Assembly (NCBI GenBank): GCA_965153285.1
Contig: OZ229111.1
DNA from: Podarcis tiliguerta
Taxonomy: Eukaryota
DNA: 64,000 nucleotides
Strand: one strand, 5' to 3'
Shown: piece after piece, positions 48,161 to 60,707 of the stretch
Layout: every line of letters starts with the position of its first letter
How positions within the stretch are numbered: the stretch's first letter is position 1
The notes under the pieces: model-generated
Seen by the model: the letters and a program-made list of their open reading frames with translations, nothing else
Told to the model about the DNA's origin: nothing
Databases searched by the model: none
Made by a program: the position numbers and the translations under genes

Positions 48161-49079
48161 TGTGCTGGAAATTAAAGCTGCATCACACACACATATATGC
48201 ATTTATATATATATATTTATATATGTATTAAGTATGTGTGAGAGAGAGAAAGAGACAGGTGCAGGTTTACTTACCAGCACATATAGATGCAGTTTTTATT
48301 CGAATAGGTCGCTTAAACATATATAGGCGACCACGAATTCGAAGAAGAACTCTGCATCGAAGTTAAGAGAGAGGTTGACCCTAGTTTAAGTCGTGAGACA
48401 GGTAGAAAATGCTTTTTAAAAATGCTTTTTTAAAGAACAGTTTTCATTTCAGGTCACCCCACAGGAGAATGTTGTACGTTTCGCCTTCCATGACAGTTCA
48501 TGTTTCTCCTCCTTCGGCCTCTGCTCGAGGCAATGAGGAAGTTTAAACTGCAAGGATCTTGCGAATACCTCGATAAAAACCATTTTGCTGGAAATACTAA
48601 GCTTCCTCTCCTGCGGCGACTTTGGGGAGAGTGCAGAAAGGGTGAAAAAGAAAAGACTCGTTGCGGGGAGAGACTGTCGATCTCTTCCATGTGCCAATTT
48701 TTACTGCAAGAAGGTGCAAACCAAATGAGACAGAAAGGATTTGGCTAAGCACCAGCGAGCGCTCCGTGAACCCACAGAACAGGCCAGACCCAACTACGTC
48801 CTTATGGATGTTGCATCAACAGAAAACCAAAGGGCACCACCTTTGCTGTGTGGGTGTGTTTGGTCCCACTTGGTGATAACCTTATGGACCGACCTCTCAT
48901 GCCCCCCGCATGTCTCTATTTCCGCAACACGAAAAGGCACATGTTTACACATACGTACCAAAGACGGAAATCGCCGTTGGCAGCGTAACAATTTACTTAT
49001 GAATCCTATCCAGGGTTAACGCCTCTCTGTGCTGTGGCTGAACAGACGGCTTGAAACTTGCGAGGGCCAGGGTTCCTTT

Positions 49080-49900
49080 AAATGCCAGCACGCCTTTGTC
49101 GGTGCGTTAGGGTGATCAAAGATTAGCCATGGCGACGGGCGGCATGACTTTCAAACTTATACGTGGCTTTTGCCAACCGCAGGGCCGGGCTGCGCCCTCC
49201 TCGCCGGATCTGGCAGAAAACCCGGGCTGCTTCTGCCTCTGAGCGCATCTGCAGCGCCGGCAACCCCGGATGCAAGCAGGAAGGCGGCGGGGCTGGGATC
49301 CGCAAAAGGGAGCCGGGAGAGAGCGCCCACCACTAGGCTGGGGTTGCAAGATGAGGAGGGGGAGAGGCAGCCTGAAGGTGGCAAGAAGAGGAGACGAGGG
49401 CCGTCTGTTTGGGGGTACAAGCCTTGCCTCTGCTCCTCTCCTCCCCTCGGAGGAGTTGGAGGGCAATGCTACCTTGTCGTTAGGAGAGCTAGCGGGAGAA
49501 ACTCTCCTTCTGACCCGAAAGAAAGGAGGAAGCAGGAACGGCAGCACGAAAGTGGAAAGGAGGGGGGAGGGGAGAGGGAGGGAAGAGACCCTTGAAAGGG
49601 CAGTTCGTGCCTTACCTACTGGCTCTTGCGAAAGAGACCAGTGGGACCGAGGAGGTGGCGGGGGAGCATGGCCTCCGTGGCAAGCCCCTCCGAGGGTTGC
49701 CGGAAGACACACCTGCTAGCCCAGAGAGAGGAGGAGCCGGCTCCTGGCAGCTCTCGGGGCAGGGAGTGAGGGACCGATCTCAGCCAAGGCACCATCTGCT
49801 CGGAAGAAGAGAGTAGGGACCCCTCCTAGTGCAGACAGCTAAGGTGCAGGAGGGCGAGGGTGGCTCAACAAGGGAAGCCATCCGGGGAATGTAAAGGGGG
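49080..49900. promoter_or_regulatory. Second CpG island, possible alternative or divergent promoter
   Basis: CpG-rich block separated from the main island by ~1 kb of lower-GC DNA. X-box-like GCCATGGCGAC near 49126-49136, CCGGAAG at 49700, minus-strand donor TAG|GTAAGG at 49616/49615. Confidence 0.6.
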
Positions 49901-50131
49901 CAAAAACACATTTGACTAAGGCATCGCTAGCTAGTGCTTCTGTTGAGTGAGGTGCATGGGTGGATCCCCCTGACCCGATCACAAGGACGAAGTATGTCGT
50001 TGTCACTCAAGGGAGGTTGAGTGCAAAGAAATGTGACTTTACACGCTACCTCTGACTGCATGGACAGTAATCCTAGCCTTAAGAGAAATTAGAAGAGTCT
50101 TCAATGATGGGCATTTAGTAGGCCACAAGGA

Positions 50132-50300
50132 AGCTGTCACCCATGGGCGTTGTGAAGGGTGGGCAAGGTGGGCAGCACCGCCCCCAATAAAGTAAATAAA
50201 TAAAAATGCTTAACTAACTGACCAAACACATCTAAGATAGCTCAGTTCTGCCCCCAAAACATTGATCCTCCCTCCCCCCATAAATCCTGGCTATGCTATG
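50132..50300. mobile_element. Probable non-autonomous DNA transposon
   Basis: Degenerate TIRs CATGGGCGTTG / CTGGCTATGCTATG with repeated TGCCCCC-type motifs. No clear TSD. Confidence 0.45.
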
Positions 50301-50429
50301 TCTGTGCTGTCACGCTGATTATAATGACAAAAATAAAAACGTTGAGAGCAGGGATCTCTTTGCACTGCATAAACAAAGTGGAGCATTTAAGGTTGCAGTT
50401 CTAAGGGCAGCAGGGACTTTAAGTGGTAT

Positions 50430-50587
50430 AATTTATGTTTTGCATGCTGTAGGTTCCAAGTTCAATCTCTTATCTCCAAAGGACCAAACAGCCGATGATG
50501 GTCCAGAGTTCTGCCTGCAATCGTACCTACAAAGCTAATACTTGCCAATACTGGGCCAAATAGTCTGACCTACAGCTTCCTATGCTG
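50430..50587 (+). mobile_element. Squam2-like SINE, diverged
   Basis: TTTTGCATGCTGTAGGTTCCAAGTTCAATC...CAATACTGGGC...AGTCTGAC...CAGCTTCCTATG. Confidence 0.55.
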
Positions 50588-53500
50588 TTATTTGGATGTA
50601 AGCTGCATTGAATAAGTAGAGCAGTGGATTCCCCCCCACCCTATAAATTGCAAATTTAAACGTTGTGTATATGCAAAAGATAAAATTAAACACATGATCT
50701 TCAAGCAATTCTGAAAAAGTCTTCCATTTTTGGAGATTCAAAAACCGAATATTCTGGTACCAAATTTATTCATCTTGCTGCATTTTGTGACCTGGTATTT
50801 TTCGCCCAGAAATAATTCCCACATTCAAAAAGTGGCAATACATTCAGATTTATTTAAATAACAGTTCTTACATAAAGGAGCAAGGCTTGCACACAAAAAT
50901 TAACAAATATACAATGGAGTTTTCATCCTCTTGTTGCAGCAGAAAGCCGAGTTCCAAGCAGTATGTTGTGTAGGAGTTTTGTGTAAGAAAGTAATTCTCA
51001 TATGTTCTGGTTTCTAAAAATGGTAAAACCAGACTGCAGCACACTCTTGCTTTTCCTACAACAAGGATCCTTGCACTGCTATCCTATACACAATTACTTC
51101 AGAGTAAATCCCATTGACCTCATCAAGACTTACTTTCAAGAAAACATGTACATTGTTGCCATCAATGGCAGGACCCGCCCACTGTTGTCCAGCAAAAGCA
51201 ACTCTAAAGGTTCTTTAAAAGCATCAGATAAAACTATAAGGAATCATACCGATCACTCAGAGCATTCCACATCTATAGCATGTTTTACAAGCAGCCATTT
51301 TGCACTAGCAGTAGCACTTGCTTACCCTAAAATCCTTGACCTGCTCCTGCACCCCCCTGCTTCACCAACAATATGCAATTTATTACTGTTCAATTTTCAA
51401 AGGTTCTTACCTGACTTGGTACAGTTAGGGTGCTTCCAGATGACCCGTTTGTTGAGCATTCAGCTTGATTTGTTAGTGGAAAGATTAGGTGACATTGGCT
51501 ATTTGATGAGCATTCATTCTGATTTGCTCACAGTGATGTGAAAGCAGATGTAATCCACATCCAGTGCATTTTCCCATCACTTTCCTTATTGCACACTGCT
51601 ATATTAGTACAACCTGAATTTGCTGGTATGTGATTAAATCCCACCCGAAAATAATTGACAAACTGGAAGGGCCATTACTAAATACCACCGCATAAGTAGT
51701 AAATCATATTTTGATTTGGCTTTTACGTCTCGTTTTCACCATATTTTCAGAAGATAAATCACAGGTGACAGCAGGGAAGTGCAATATTGGATAGGTGTGA
51801 ATCTCAGTGTGTGTTTAGTCTCCCCGAGGTCACCTGTAGCTCCTACAATTCTCCATCCTCCTTCACATGCCAATCCAAATGGAAAGTTCACAACTCCTTT
51901 GCTCATTTCATAACTTCAGTTACACCATCTTAGCCTGCTCACCTCCACTTATACTGTGCTTGTACAGCCACTGTATAAACAAGGCAGATATTACAACTGT
52001 GCCATAAGTTTCCAGTGGAAACTTCCAATGGAAGCTAAACCTTGTAGCATTGCCCCTGGAACCACTCATCATTTGGGGAAGAATATAGAGCAGTGCTGTG
52101 CAAATCCCCAGATATTGTAACTAGACTAAATTTAGTAACACAAAACACGGGCATTTGGATTTTCTGCTTTCAGATTCGGTTGTTGATGTGTTCATGTGCT
52201 TAGCGCAGAAATCAGTAGCCCTTGAATACAACTGAGAGGAAGACGAGGAGGAGAAGCTGTTTGCATGACAACTGCAAAAGGAAAAAAAATCCACAACCAC
52301 AACCAATAATCCTTAAAGCCTTTTCTCAGCCCATCCCAAAGAGCTTGCAAGTGTAGATGCATATTGCAATATGCCAGGAAGATTAGTAAACCAGAGTTCT
52401 ATTATGCAAAGTGACTTTGCAAAGCTGGAGCAAACCTTTGTACCTTGACACTGTGCCAGATGCATCTTTATCCCCCATGACGTACTACCCTGTTCCACTT
52501 CTCGTCATTCCTATCTGCTCCTGCCCACTTCAACTTCCCTTCTTTTATTCTCTGTTCCCACCAACACCTGTGTACATATCACAAAATCCCTCAAACTATT
52601 CCACAAATACTCTGTAAAAATTCTGTTAGAAAAATCACACAAATAAAGTGTGCATGTGGATGTTCACGCATTCCTTGCACACACACCCCATTTTCTTGCC
52701 AGGAATGCTAGAGCCAATTCTTGAATGTTTATTCAAACCAGACATTCCATGTTTTTTAAAGCACGGCAGTGAAAAAGATGGATCATGTACCTGGGGAAAT
52801 GCAGTGTCCGCTATGAATATTCAGTAATTCAATATTCATTTAACAGTGTTAACATCTTTTCTGTATTTGTATTTTCTCCCCTCTGATGCAAACCTCCAAG
52901 CAAAACTTTGAGTGCCGTTTTTATACATGACAAATTTCATACATAGCTATCGGTTTCTTGTAGGAAATTGTGCACAAATGTCCATGTTCACTGTTGCAGC
53001 CGTGTTCATCCAATGTTCACTAGATGTATCTCTCTCCCCTGAAAATCACTTCTTGACCAAGTGGTTTCATTCTGAAAATAAAAGCTCATTGCCGATTGAT
53101 TCTGCATTGCTCCACATGTCTCTGTTTGAAAACAGATGTAGGCATTATTGAGAATGGGGAGTGGATCCACACCTGTCCAATGAGGTTTTGTGCAGACACA
53201 AGGCAGTAACAGAGAGAAAGGGCTAGAAAGAACTTTGGAGTTGAGATAGATCTTTACAGTTTTCCACCTTGTTCTCCATTTCAGGGTTGGGAAGAATGCC
53301 AATAGGGGTCCATTTATCAATTTCTGCTGAAATCTCTATGGTTGAGATTGTTGCAAAACCTGACCAGGTAGCAGGAAATATGAAAGACCTCCACCTAAGA
53401 CCATGAAGACGCATGGCTTGTTAACATAGTGAAACTAGGTTAGATGGAGCAATTTTCTGTTCCTATGCTCCTGGGTCAAGTTTGGGACTGGTTTCAGCCA

Positions 53501-56500
53501 CCCGAGTTCCTCTTTCCTGCCAGAATCCTGCCTTAGAACTCTCAGGTTCATATAATATATAACTAAATTCTTATATGGGATTCACTTCTACGTAGGACAT
53601 GCTATAACCATCCCTTACCGTTAACAAATGTGCATAGTTCACTGTGTGCACATGCTGTGGTAACCTCCCACATATCAGGATATATTCACAGGAAGTCACT
53701 TCAGGACTGTGTCTACACTTACCTGTTTGCAGTGCAAAAATGTCCAGTGAAGTTGCCTTGCGACTGGGCCTAACATGCCATCAGGCAGGTTTTCTTAGAG
53801 TAAAATCCTTTTTTTGGTTCTCTTTGGAATGTTGCACAACAGCAGGTTTTGTAAGAATCCTATATTATGCTGCACCAACTAACTTCCTTACTGAAGTCAC
53901 ATAGCACGCTCCATTCAATGTATTTCCCCAGAAAAATGCCCAGCACCTTAACCCCCTGACCTGACAAACTAGACTTGGGCTCAGGAGCTAGGACACATGG
54001 CTACTGCCAGGAGCCACCTGGTGTCAATGCAAGACAAGGGTTTTTTCCTTGCAAACACAGCCATCACTATGTTGCTTCAGAAGGTTGAAAACAAAATAAA
54101 TTATAAAGTATGTCCTCAAAAATCTACCTTGCAGATATATTTGCTACCTAGGCCTTTCTCAGACCTCTGTTACAATATCCATGACTGCTAGTGTTCTGTT
54201 AACAGCCATACCACTTCCATCATAAACTTCTAATATCATCTCCCTTCAAGATGGAGACTCTTTGAATAAAGATGGTCTCTCAAAAGGCGCCTTTCCTTTC
54301 AAGCCAAGGGGGAAGGCGACTTGAGTTACCTTTGTGGATTACAACTGTCAGAGTATCATCTGGCTTGAGGAAAGCCGAGCCCTTGGCCTTGTCAGTCAGC
54401 ATAGTGCAGATAAAACAACCACATGACTTCTCAGTTGCTGATAGTGGCCACATATTCTTCTTTAACTTCTTTTGCTGATTTTATCATTTTGTTTGTTTTA
54501 AAATACAGACTCCTATTCTACAAATATGAAAGGATCCAATCTTCTTAGCCTAGAAATAAAGGAGTGCCATATTGGAACGAGGGCATCTGTTTGTATAAAC
54601 TAAGCATCCATTTCTTTTGTAGACCAAATCAGTTTTCTATATTTGAAGTTTCCAATGCTTGAAGTAGTAATTATTTGGTGGCTGGAACTCTGTAGCCATT
54701 TTTTGGGGTGGTCAAGTGCAGCTTGGGCTGGGAGGCCACTATGTTCATCATTCATATTTCTGAGTGGCATCTCTAATATGCCACGTATGACAAGTAGTCT
54801 TTGTGTACAATGGTAGAAAGGACATCTGACAGAAGAAAAGACTCAGCACCATTCACTTTCTCCTCCCTCAGCTATCTCTGATTGAGTTATCTCCAGGCAA
54901 CCAAGCAGTAGCTAATATAGAATAGACCAAATTGAAGGAAAATCTTTTGTTTCCAAATTGCATATTTTCCAGTGCAGTCCTATGCATGTTTTACTTGCTG
55001 GTTGGTGGGGGCCATCCCATTTTGTTCATGGTGATCTACCTCCTAGCGAAGTGTCTGTGGGTGTTTATGAATGGGTGTGTAGGATTGCCGCCTTAGACCA
55101 CAGCAACGCTATAAGTGATCTCTCTTAAACACTCACAGCCTTTTGTCTTAGGCAAACTGGAATTGCAGATCTGGATTCCTGCATTATGTTGTGTCCCTGA
55201 ACATCCACTGCAACAGCAAAGACTTGTTCTATAAGCTCAGCAAACCATTTAAATTCTGCATAGGGCACATTATATGTGCTAATAGCATCATTTAATAAAG
55301 CCATCTTTGCTATTTTTCTATGATTGCATTAAGGTACTATGTATTTATATACCCTCATATGTTAAACAAGCGTTTAATAGAATTCACTGCCTTGCAGCCT
55401 TCAGTCTCTTTCTCTCCCTTCCTCCCTCCCTCCCCCCCTCTCTTTTAAAGACATCAGTGCCCAAAGAACTATTTCAGATGTAGTAATTATGTAATATTAA
55501 TGAATGGTATCACATGCAGTTGTATTTGCCCATTCTTTAATGTAGTGGAAGAGATTCATTGTATGTAATGTGCTTCTTGAGAATGGCCTGACGCGGCAAA
55601 AATGCCCCAGGTTTAACAGCTCATGTAATATATAACAAATGCATAAATAATTTAGACCCAGAAATAGGTAGCATTTTAAGAGTGGTGGTACTCACATCGA
55701 TGTACATAAAGTCTGGCAATTAATTCCATGGAAGCTTCCTATCCCAATCAGCCTTAGCAAATATATCTGGGATAAAACTACAGATTACTGTTTTGATCTT
55801 ATGTACCAGTGATGTCCAGCACTGTATGTCTACTCACAGAGGTAAGCTGTGTTGAGTTAAATGGCACTTACTCCCAAGTAAGCGGATATAAGCTTGCAAC
55901 TAAGTGTGTGGTGGGAGGGTACAACTTTCTGCAGATACAAAGCAAATGAAACAGCAAACTAAAATAGTGTTGCATTAGGTTTTTTTCAGAATGCACCCCA
56001 ATGTAACATAGGCATGAAGGTTTTGTGAGTTGCATATACATTATGGCCTGTTTATCTCGATGTTTTACAACAAAGCCTTTAAAGAGTCTCTAATGTCAGA
56101 TTTCAACACTGGAGCATTCAGAGGCTACATGCCTGAAAATCCTAGATTCTCTCTTGATCATACTGAGGCGGCTTCTCTGATGAAGATGGATAATTGCTTG
56201 ATGGGACTGGTAGTCTCTAGGCTGTATTCTCTGTATTAACAACCAGAGCATCTGCGATCTGCTGTGTTTTATGCAGATCAGGTGCAGATTTTTCAACTCC
56301 TGGCACATTTCCATTGCAGCTTTTGATCTATCATAAACCCACAAAATCCATAGAATTCACACCCCACTCTAAAATGTGTATAATCACACGTTTTGCCATA
56401 CACTGCAAAATACCAGAGGGTTCGGGAGCCTTTGGGGACAAAGTCATATTGAACTGTGCCCTATTGGCATATAACGGCACATAATACCCAGTAAGTAGCA

Positions 56501-57859
56501 ATTCTTAAATGCACTTTGGAGCAGCAAAATGAAAATCTTAGGCTTAAGAATCTGAATCTTCTGGCTTGCAGGGTTTATTTCAGGCAACAAAGGCCGGCTT
56601 GTGGAAGAGAGTGGTTGCATGTTTAATATTCCACTTTTCCCTTCATTGGGGAGAAAAAGAATCTGGGGTGTCTGCTGGGATGGTAGAAAGAGCACATGCT
56701 TAGTAGTTTTCTCCCCCCATGTTAGGGAACCAGGTCTGTCTCATTACTGGTGACAGCACATATTGGTAGGTCATAGAGCAAGGGGACAGCCCTGCACAGA
56801 ACAGCTGGGGCCCAGAGCCAGCAATCTCATTAAAGTAAGCTGCTGCTATTTCCAGCCTGTAATAGAGCTTTGCAGCTTGATTATATTCAGTGAAAGCAGG
56901 TCATTACAAACACAGTGCTTTTTGCATATTATCTAAATTGAAATAATAATATGTTCTCTCCTTTCATGTGCTATATTGATAAATCCCAACTTATGAATGA
57001 AACATGTTGATTAGTTAGTTAAAAGGAATTAGTTCTGCATTACGCTTCCAAGTTTAAGGCTTGATTAGTGCAAACAAATAACTTTTTCTTGATAATAAGC
57101 CATTTGCCGATTATTCTTTTAAATGGAACACACAAGCATCAAAATGATCTAGAGAGACAAGTGAGAGCGTCATGGGATTCCCCTTCCCCACACGCCTCTT
57201 TACTGTTTGAGCTTAAATTCAATGTTACTTTTAGAACCTGGTAAAATGAAGCAGATCTACATAGCGGCAGGTCTTCCTTTTATATGGTAATATAAACATA
57301 GCAGAAATACACTAACGGCAATGTGCTTGGAAACAGAATAAGACAGGGAGCAAATGTAATATCAATGTAGCAAAGAGAAAGGAATGTGCCCATTGAATAC
57401 AGTACTGGTAGCTGGTTGACAATAGATCTTTCTATTACTGCTTCTTCCTTATTTAGCAAATAAACCATCAGGTTTGTGGCCTGGTCCCAGGACCTGCTAT
57501 GCCAGTTTATGCACATTTAGAATTGGGCGTGTCTAGTTGTAGCACAACAGCACATAACTATTGCAAGAATGTTGTGTAAGCCATTTGTGTAGATGTGCTA
57601 GCACATAGCACAGGTTTCAGAAGAAAGGAAGAAATCATAGCTTCAGCAGCTTTTCTAGATATGAGTAAACACGTGGTTGCGTATATGTGAAATCATCTTC
57701 TGAGTCTACTTACTGTAGGTGTAATGCAGATGGCCACCCCTTCATCTGATACTGCATTTTTTTCAGGGCCTCTCATAATAAATGAATGGGTTTAGGACAT
57801 TTGCTTAACTCGCAGCAAAACACTGGGAATTAAGCATGTGCTTAAACTTCAGAAACAGA

Positions 57860-57940
57860 GCAATCCTAGCCATATCTATTCAGAAGTAAGGCCTACTGAA
57901 TCCAAAGGGGCTTACTCCCAGAGAACCATGGTTAGAATTG
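57860..57940. mobile_element. ~80-bp palindromic MITE family; other copies near 40718-40762, 51078-51159, 54973-55089, 55815-55898, 58039-58122
   Basis: Shared GCAATCCT...CAGAAGTAAG..C..TGA..TCAATGG..CTTACT...GATTGC palindromic pattern. Confidence 0.65.
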
Positions 57941-58972
57941 TTACCTAAATGTATGAAATAATGGGCTTAAGGTTATATTTTCTTGCAGTATGATCCTAAT
58001 CAGGTTTACTTCATCACCAAGTTCAGTGGGCCATATGCTGCAATCCTGAACATGCTTACTGAAGAGTAGGCTCCATTGCTTACAGTGGAGCTTACACCCA
58101 AGTAAACATGCATAGCAATTCAGCATTAATTGGTTGTTCAAATATATCTCTGTGTGTTTCCCCCCAGAGTGAAAATTGTGTCTGGCTAAACGTGAAACCA
58201 GGCATTAAAATAATAATTCTAGGCCTGGTAAACAGACAAAAATTGCTGATGATGAGTACTGTGCATTATTGACAACAGGTAAGTTGGTCAAACTGGAAGA
58301 CCGCTGAAGTCCCTGTGATAAGAAAATAAACTTGGAAATGAGTGCAATTCTGTCTTGTCCATGTCCTCTGAAGCTGCTGACTGATCACAAGTCTACAGGG
58401 GTTGTAGATCCTGTGTGCCAACTGGTAGATGGAGGTTCTTGGTATATAGAATGAGATATGTTGTCTGATAGGGCACAAGATGTGAGAAGCAAAGGATTGG
58501 AGGAGTGAGACAATGCCCTTCTAGATCAGGCTTGGTTACTGTCTTGCATCACAGGACAAAGACAGCAGAGGAATCCTATCTAAGGCTGACAGTCTCAAGG
58601 AAGCTCCACCGAGATAACTGAAGCAACTTAAGGCAGAGGGTGGCCAGCAATGTACTTGTGTCAATGAAGGACAGACCCTTTTGAGCTCTTAAATGTTTGG
58701 AGACATGACTAGGCTTCCTTGGAGAGCGACAAAACAAGCCCAGGGTTTTAGAGAGAGGCGTTACCGAGTTTGGTAACCCCCATGCACATTTGTGTACACA
58801 CAGACACACACAGGCTGGGAGCCTCAGTGAGGCCCCTCTGGAGGCTTCATCTGGGGCAGAAAACCTGGCTAACTTCCCCTTCCCCCTCCCAAGCTAGGAC
58901 TCTGCCTTGGACACAGAAAAACAGGCACACACAGAATTTTCAGTAACAGAGTCTTTTTAAACAGTAGCGTGA

Positions 58973-59363
58973 TGTTGTAGTCTTGTTGCTGAACCACAAC
59001 CTGCAGAGTTCAGTGGAGTGGGAGACCAACCAACCAGAAGTGTCTGGAGGCAGAGTCAGCATCCAAATTCAGATCCAGTCCTAGGGTCAGGCAAACCGCA
59101 ATCCGCATGGTCTGATGGTCCTGGGGCCAGGGAATCCAATGAGCAATGGACAAGCAGAAAGGTAGGTCCAGGAACTACATGTTCTATTTCCAGCATCTGA
59201 CTGCTGCTGAAAGCTCTGCTTAAGAAGGCTGAAGCCAGTTGGTTCTCATCAGCGCCTTCTCCTCTGAGTCCTTGAAGGCTGAACAGCTGAAGGTGGAGTC
59301 AATCTGCCTTCTCCGCCTTCAGACTGCTGTTCAGCAGGTGAGGCCAACTCCTGACCCATGACA
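58973..59363 (-). mobile_element. Probable solo LTR (Gypsy-like), 391 bp
   Basis: TGTTGTAG...CCATGACA termini (TG..CA) flanked by CGTGA / CGTAA (4/5 match). Orientation inferred. Confidence 0.6.
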
Positions 59364-60283
59364 CGTAAGTGCAACCAAGCAGACACTTTGGCTTCAGGGG
59401 GCATCTAAAGCTGTCTAAAGGGACCGTACACATGTGGTGGAACTTTAGGAATTAGGATTTGGTCCCTTTTTCTCAGCAGCCCTTAAGGACTGGGATCAGT
59501 TCTGGAGATACTGTTGATTCATTGGGTGGTAAAGCGTGGTCCTAAGACAACCTTTGATTCAGTATCAGAAATAACTGCATCATCATTGGAGAACTCTCAG
59601 GATATTAGATGATGTAGCCAGATCTTCGACTCCTTAGATTATATTTTCCACCCCCTTCTTGGGACCTACAGAGTCAGATCAAGATGCTTAGTTCCAGTCT
59701 TCCCCCACAGGAGAAGGTGGGAAGCATACAAGCTGTTTATAATCTGGTTTGTTTCAGAAATGTCTGCATCTAATAATAACTACGGCAAATACTTGCCTGA
59801 ACACCATGCTCAGTTTTCAGGGGCTGTATGCATAATTTCTGAAGTAAACAAAACACTTGTGTTTTCTACTTATTATTAGATGCAGACATGTTTGAAGCAA
59901 ACTACAGTCCTTGCATTTGAAAGAAAGTCCTTGCATGTGAAAGAGAGTTTTAATATTCTTCCCACTGCACCACCATTTTCTTAGTTCTTTAACTATCCTA
60001 ACTGCCCTCTCCAGTTTTCTTCCAGTGTCCAAAAGACGAGTAAGGAAATTATTGTTCAAATCAAGAGAGGCAGATAAGGAATATAAAAATTTCAGGGAAT
60101 GGTGTGAAGAGACACATGAGGCCTCTTCCTTGCTGAAGCTAAGCAGGTATGGATCTACTCAGTTCCTGGTTGTGTGCCTGCACACCACCTTGGTTTTAGA
60201 TACTTTTGCCTGTAACATGGGTGCAATGCCTTTGGATTTAATGATAAGTCGTTCACTCACCTCCATTGTTTCATTCCTTTATT

Positions 60284-60565
60284 TAGGAACACAGGAAGCT
60301 GTCTTCCACTGGGCTAGATAATTTAGCTCAGTATTGTCTACACCAGATATCTTCATACTTTTCATACTCAGGACCTACTTTTACCCCCAACAAGCATTTG
60401 GGGACCCCTTCTTTTACCATATATTTGCAAAGTGGTCGTGATCCTGTTGTGACCCAACTTGGATCATGCCACAGCCTACTAGTTGGTCCCAACCCACCAG
60501 TTAAAGACCACTGCTCTACACTGAACTTGGCAGCAGCTGTCCAGGGTTTTAGAGAGAGGCATTTC
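60284..60565 (-). mobile_element. Squam2-like SINE interrupted by a hAT MITE
   Basis: TAGGAACACAGGAAGCTG...TAGCTCAGTATTGTCTACAC [insert] CTCTACACTGAACTTGGCAGCAGCTGTCCAGGGTTT. Confidence 0.7.
60344..60513. mobile_element. hAT-type MITE, 8-bp TSD GTCTACAC/CTCTACAC
   Basis: Termini CAGATATCTT / AAGACCACTG, TSD 7/8 match. The SINE resumes after the second TSD copy. Confidence 0.7.
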
Positions 60566-60669
60566 TTTTTCTTGAAAAATGCTCTCTCTACCATTGAGTT
60601 ATGCAGTGCTGGATTACCCAAGAGGCAAATGAAGGACGTGCTTAGGCACCAGCAAAGCAGTGGTATACA

Positions 60670-60672
<3 letters not shown>

Positions 60673-60704
<32 letters not shown>
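60673..60704. repeat. (CA)n microsatellite
   Basis: Seen directly. Confidence 0.9.

Positions 60705-60707
<3 letters not shown>

Noticed and set aside
48390-48403. GTCGTGAGACAGGT, identical to a conserved large-subunit rRNA motif
   Set aside because: Only 14 nt and the flanks do not extend convincingly. Not an rRNA gene.
47061-49816. Many overlapping 60-198 aa ORFs in the CpG islands
   Set aside because: Expected from stop-codon scarcity in GC-rich DNA, with low-complexity products. Only ATG-started minus-strand ORFs were kept as uORF candidates.
51002-51541. 179-aa plus-strand ORF
   Set aside because: Crosses a palindromic MITE and has no recognisable homology.
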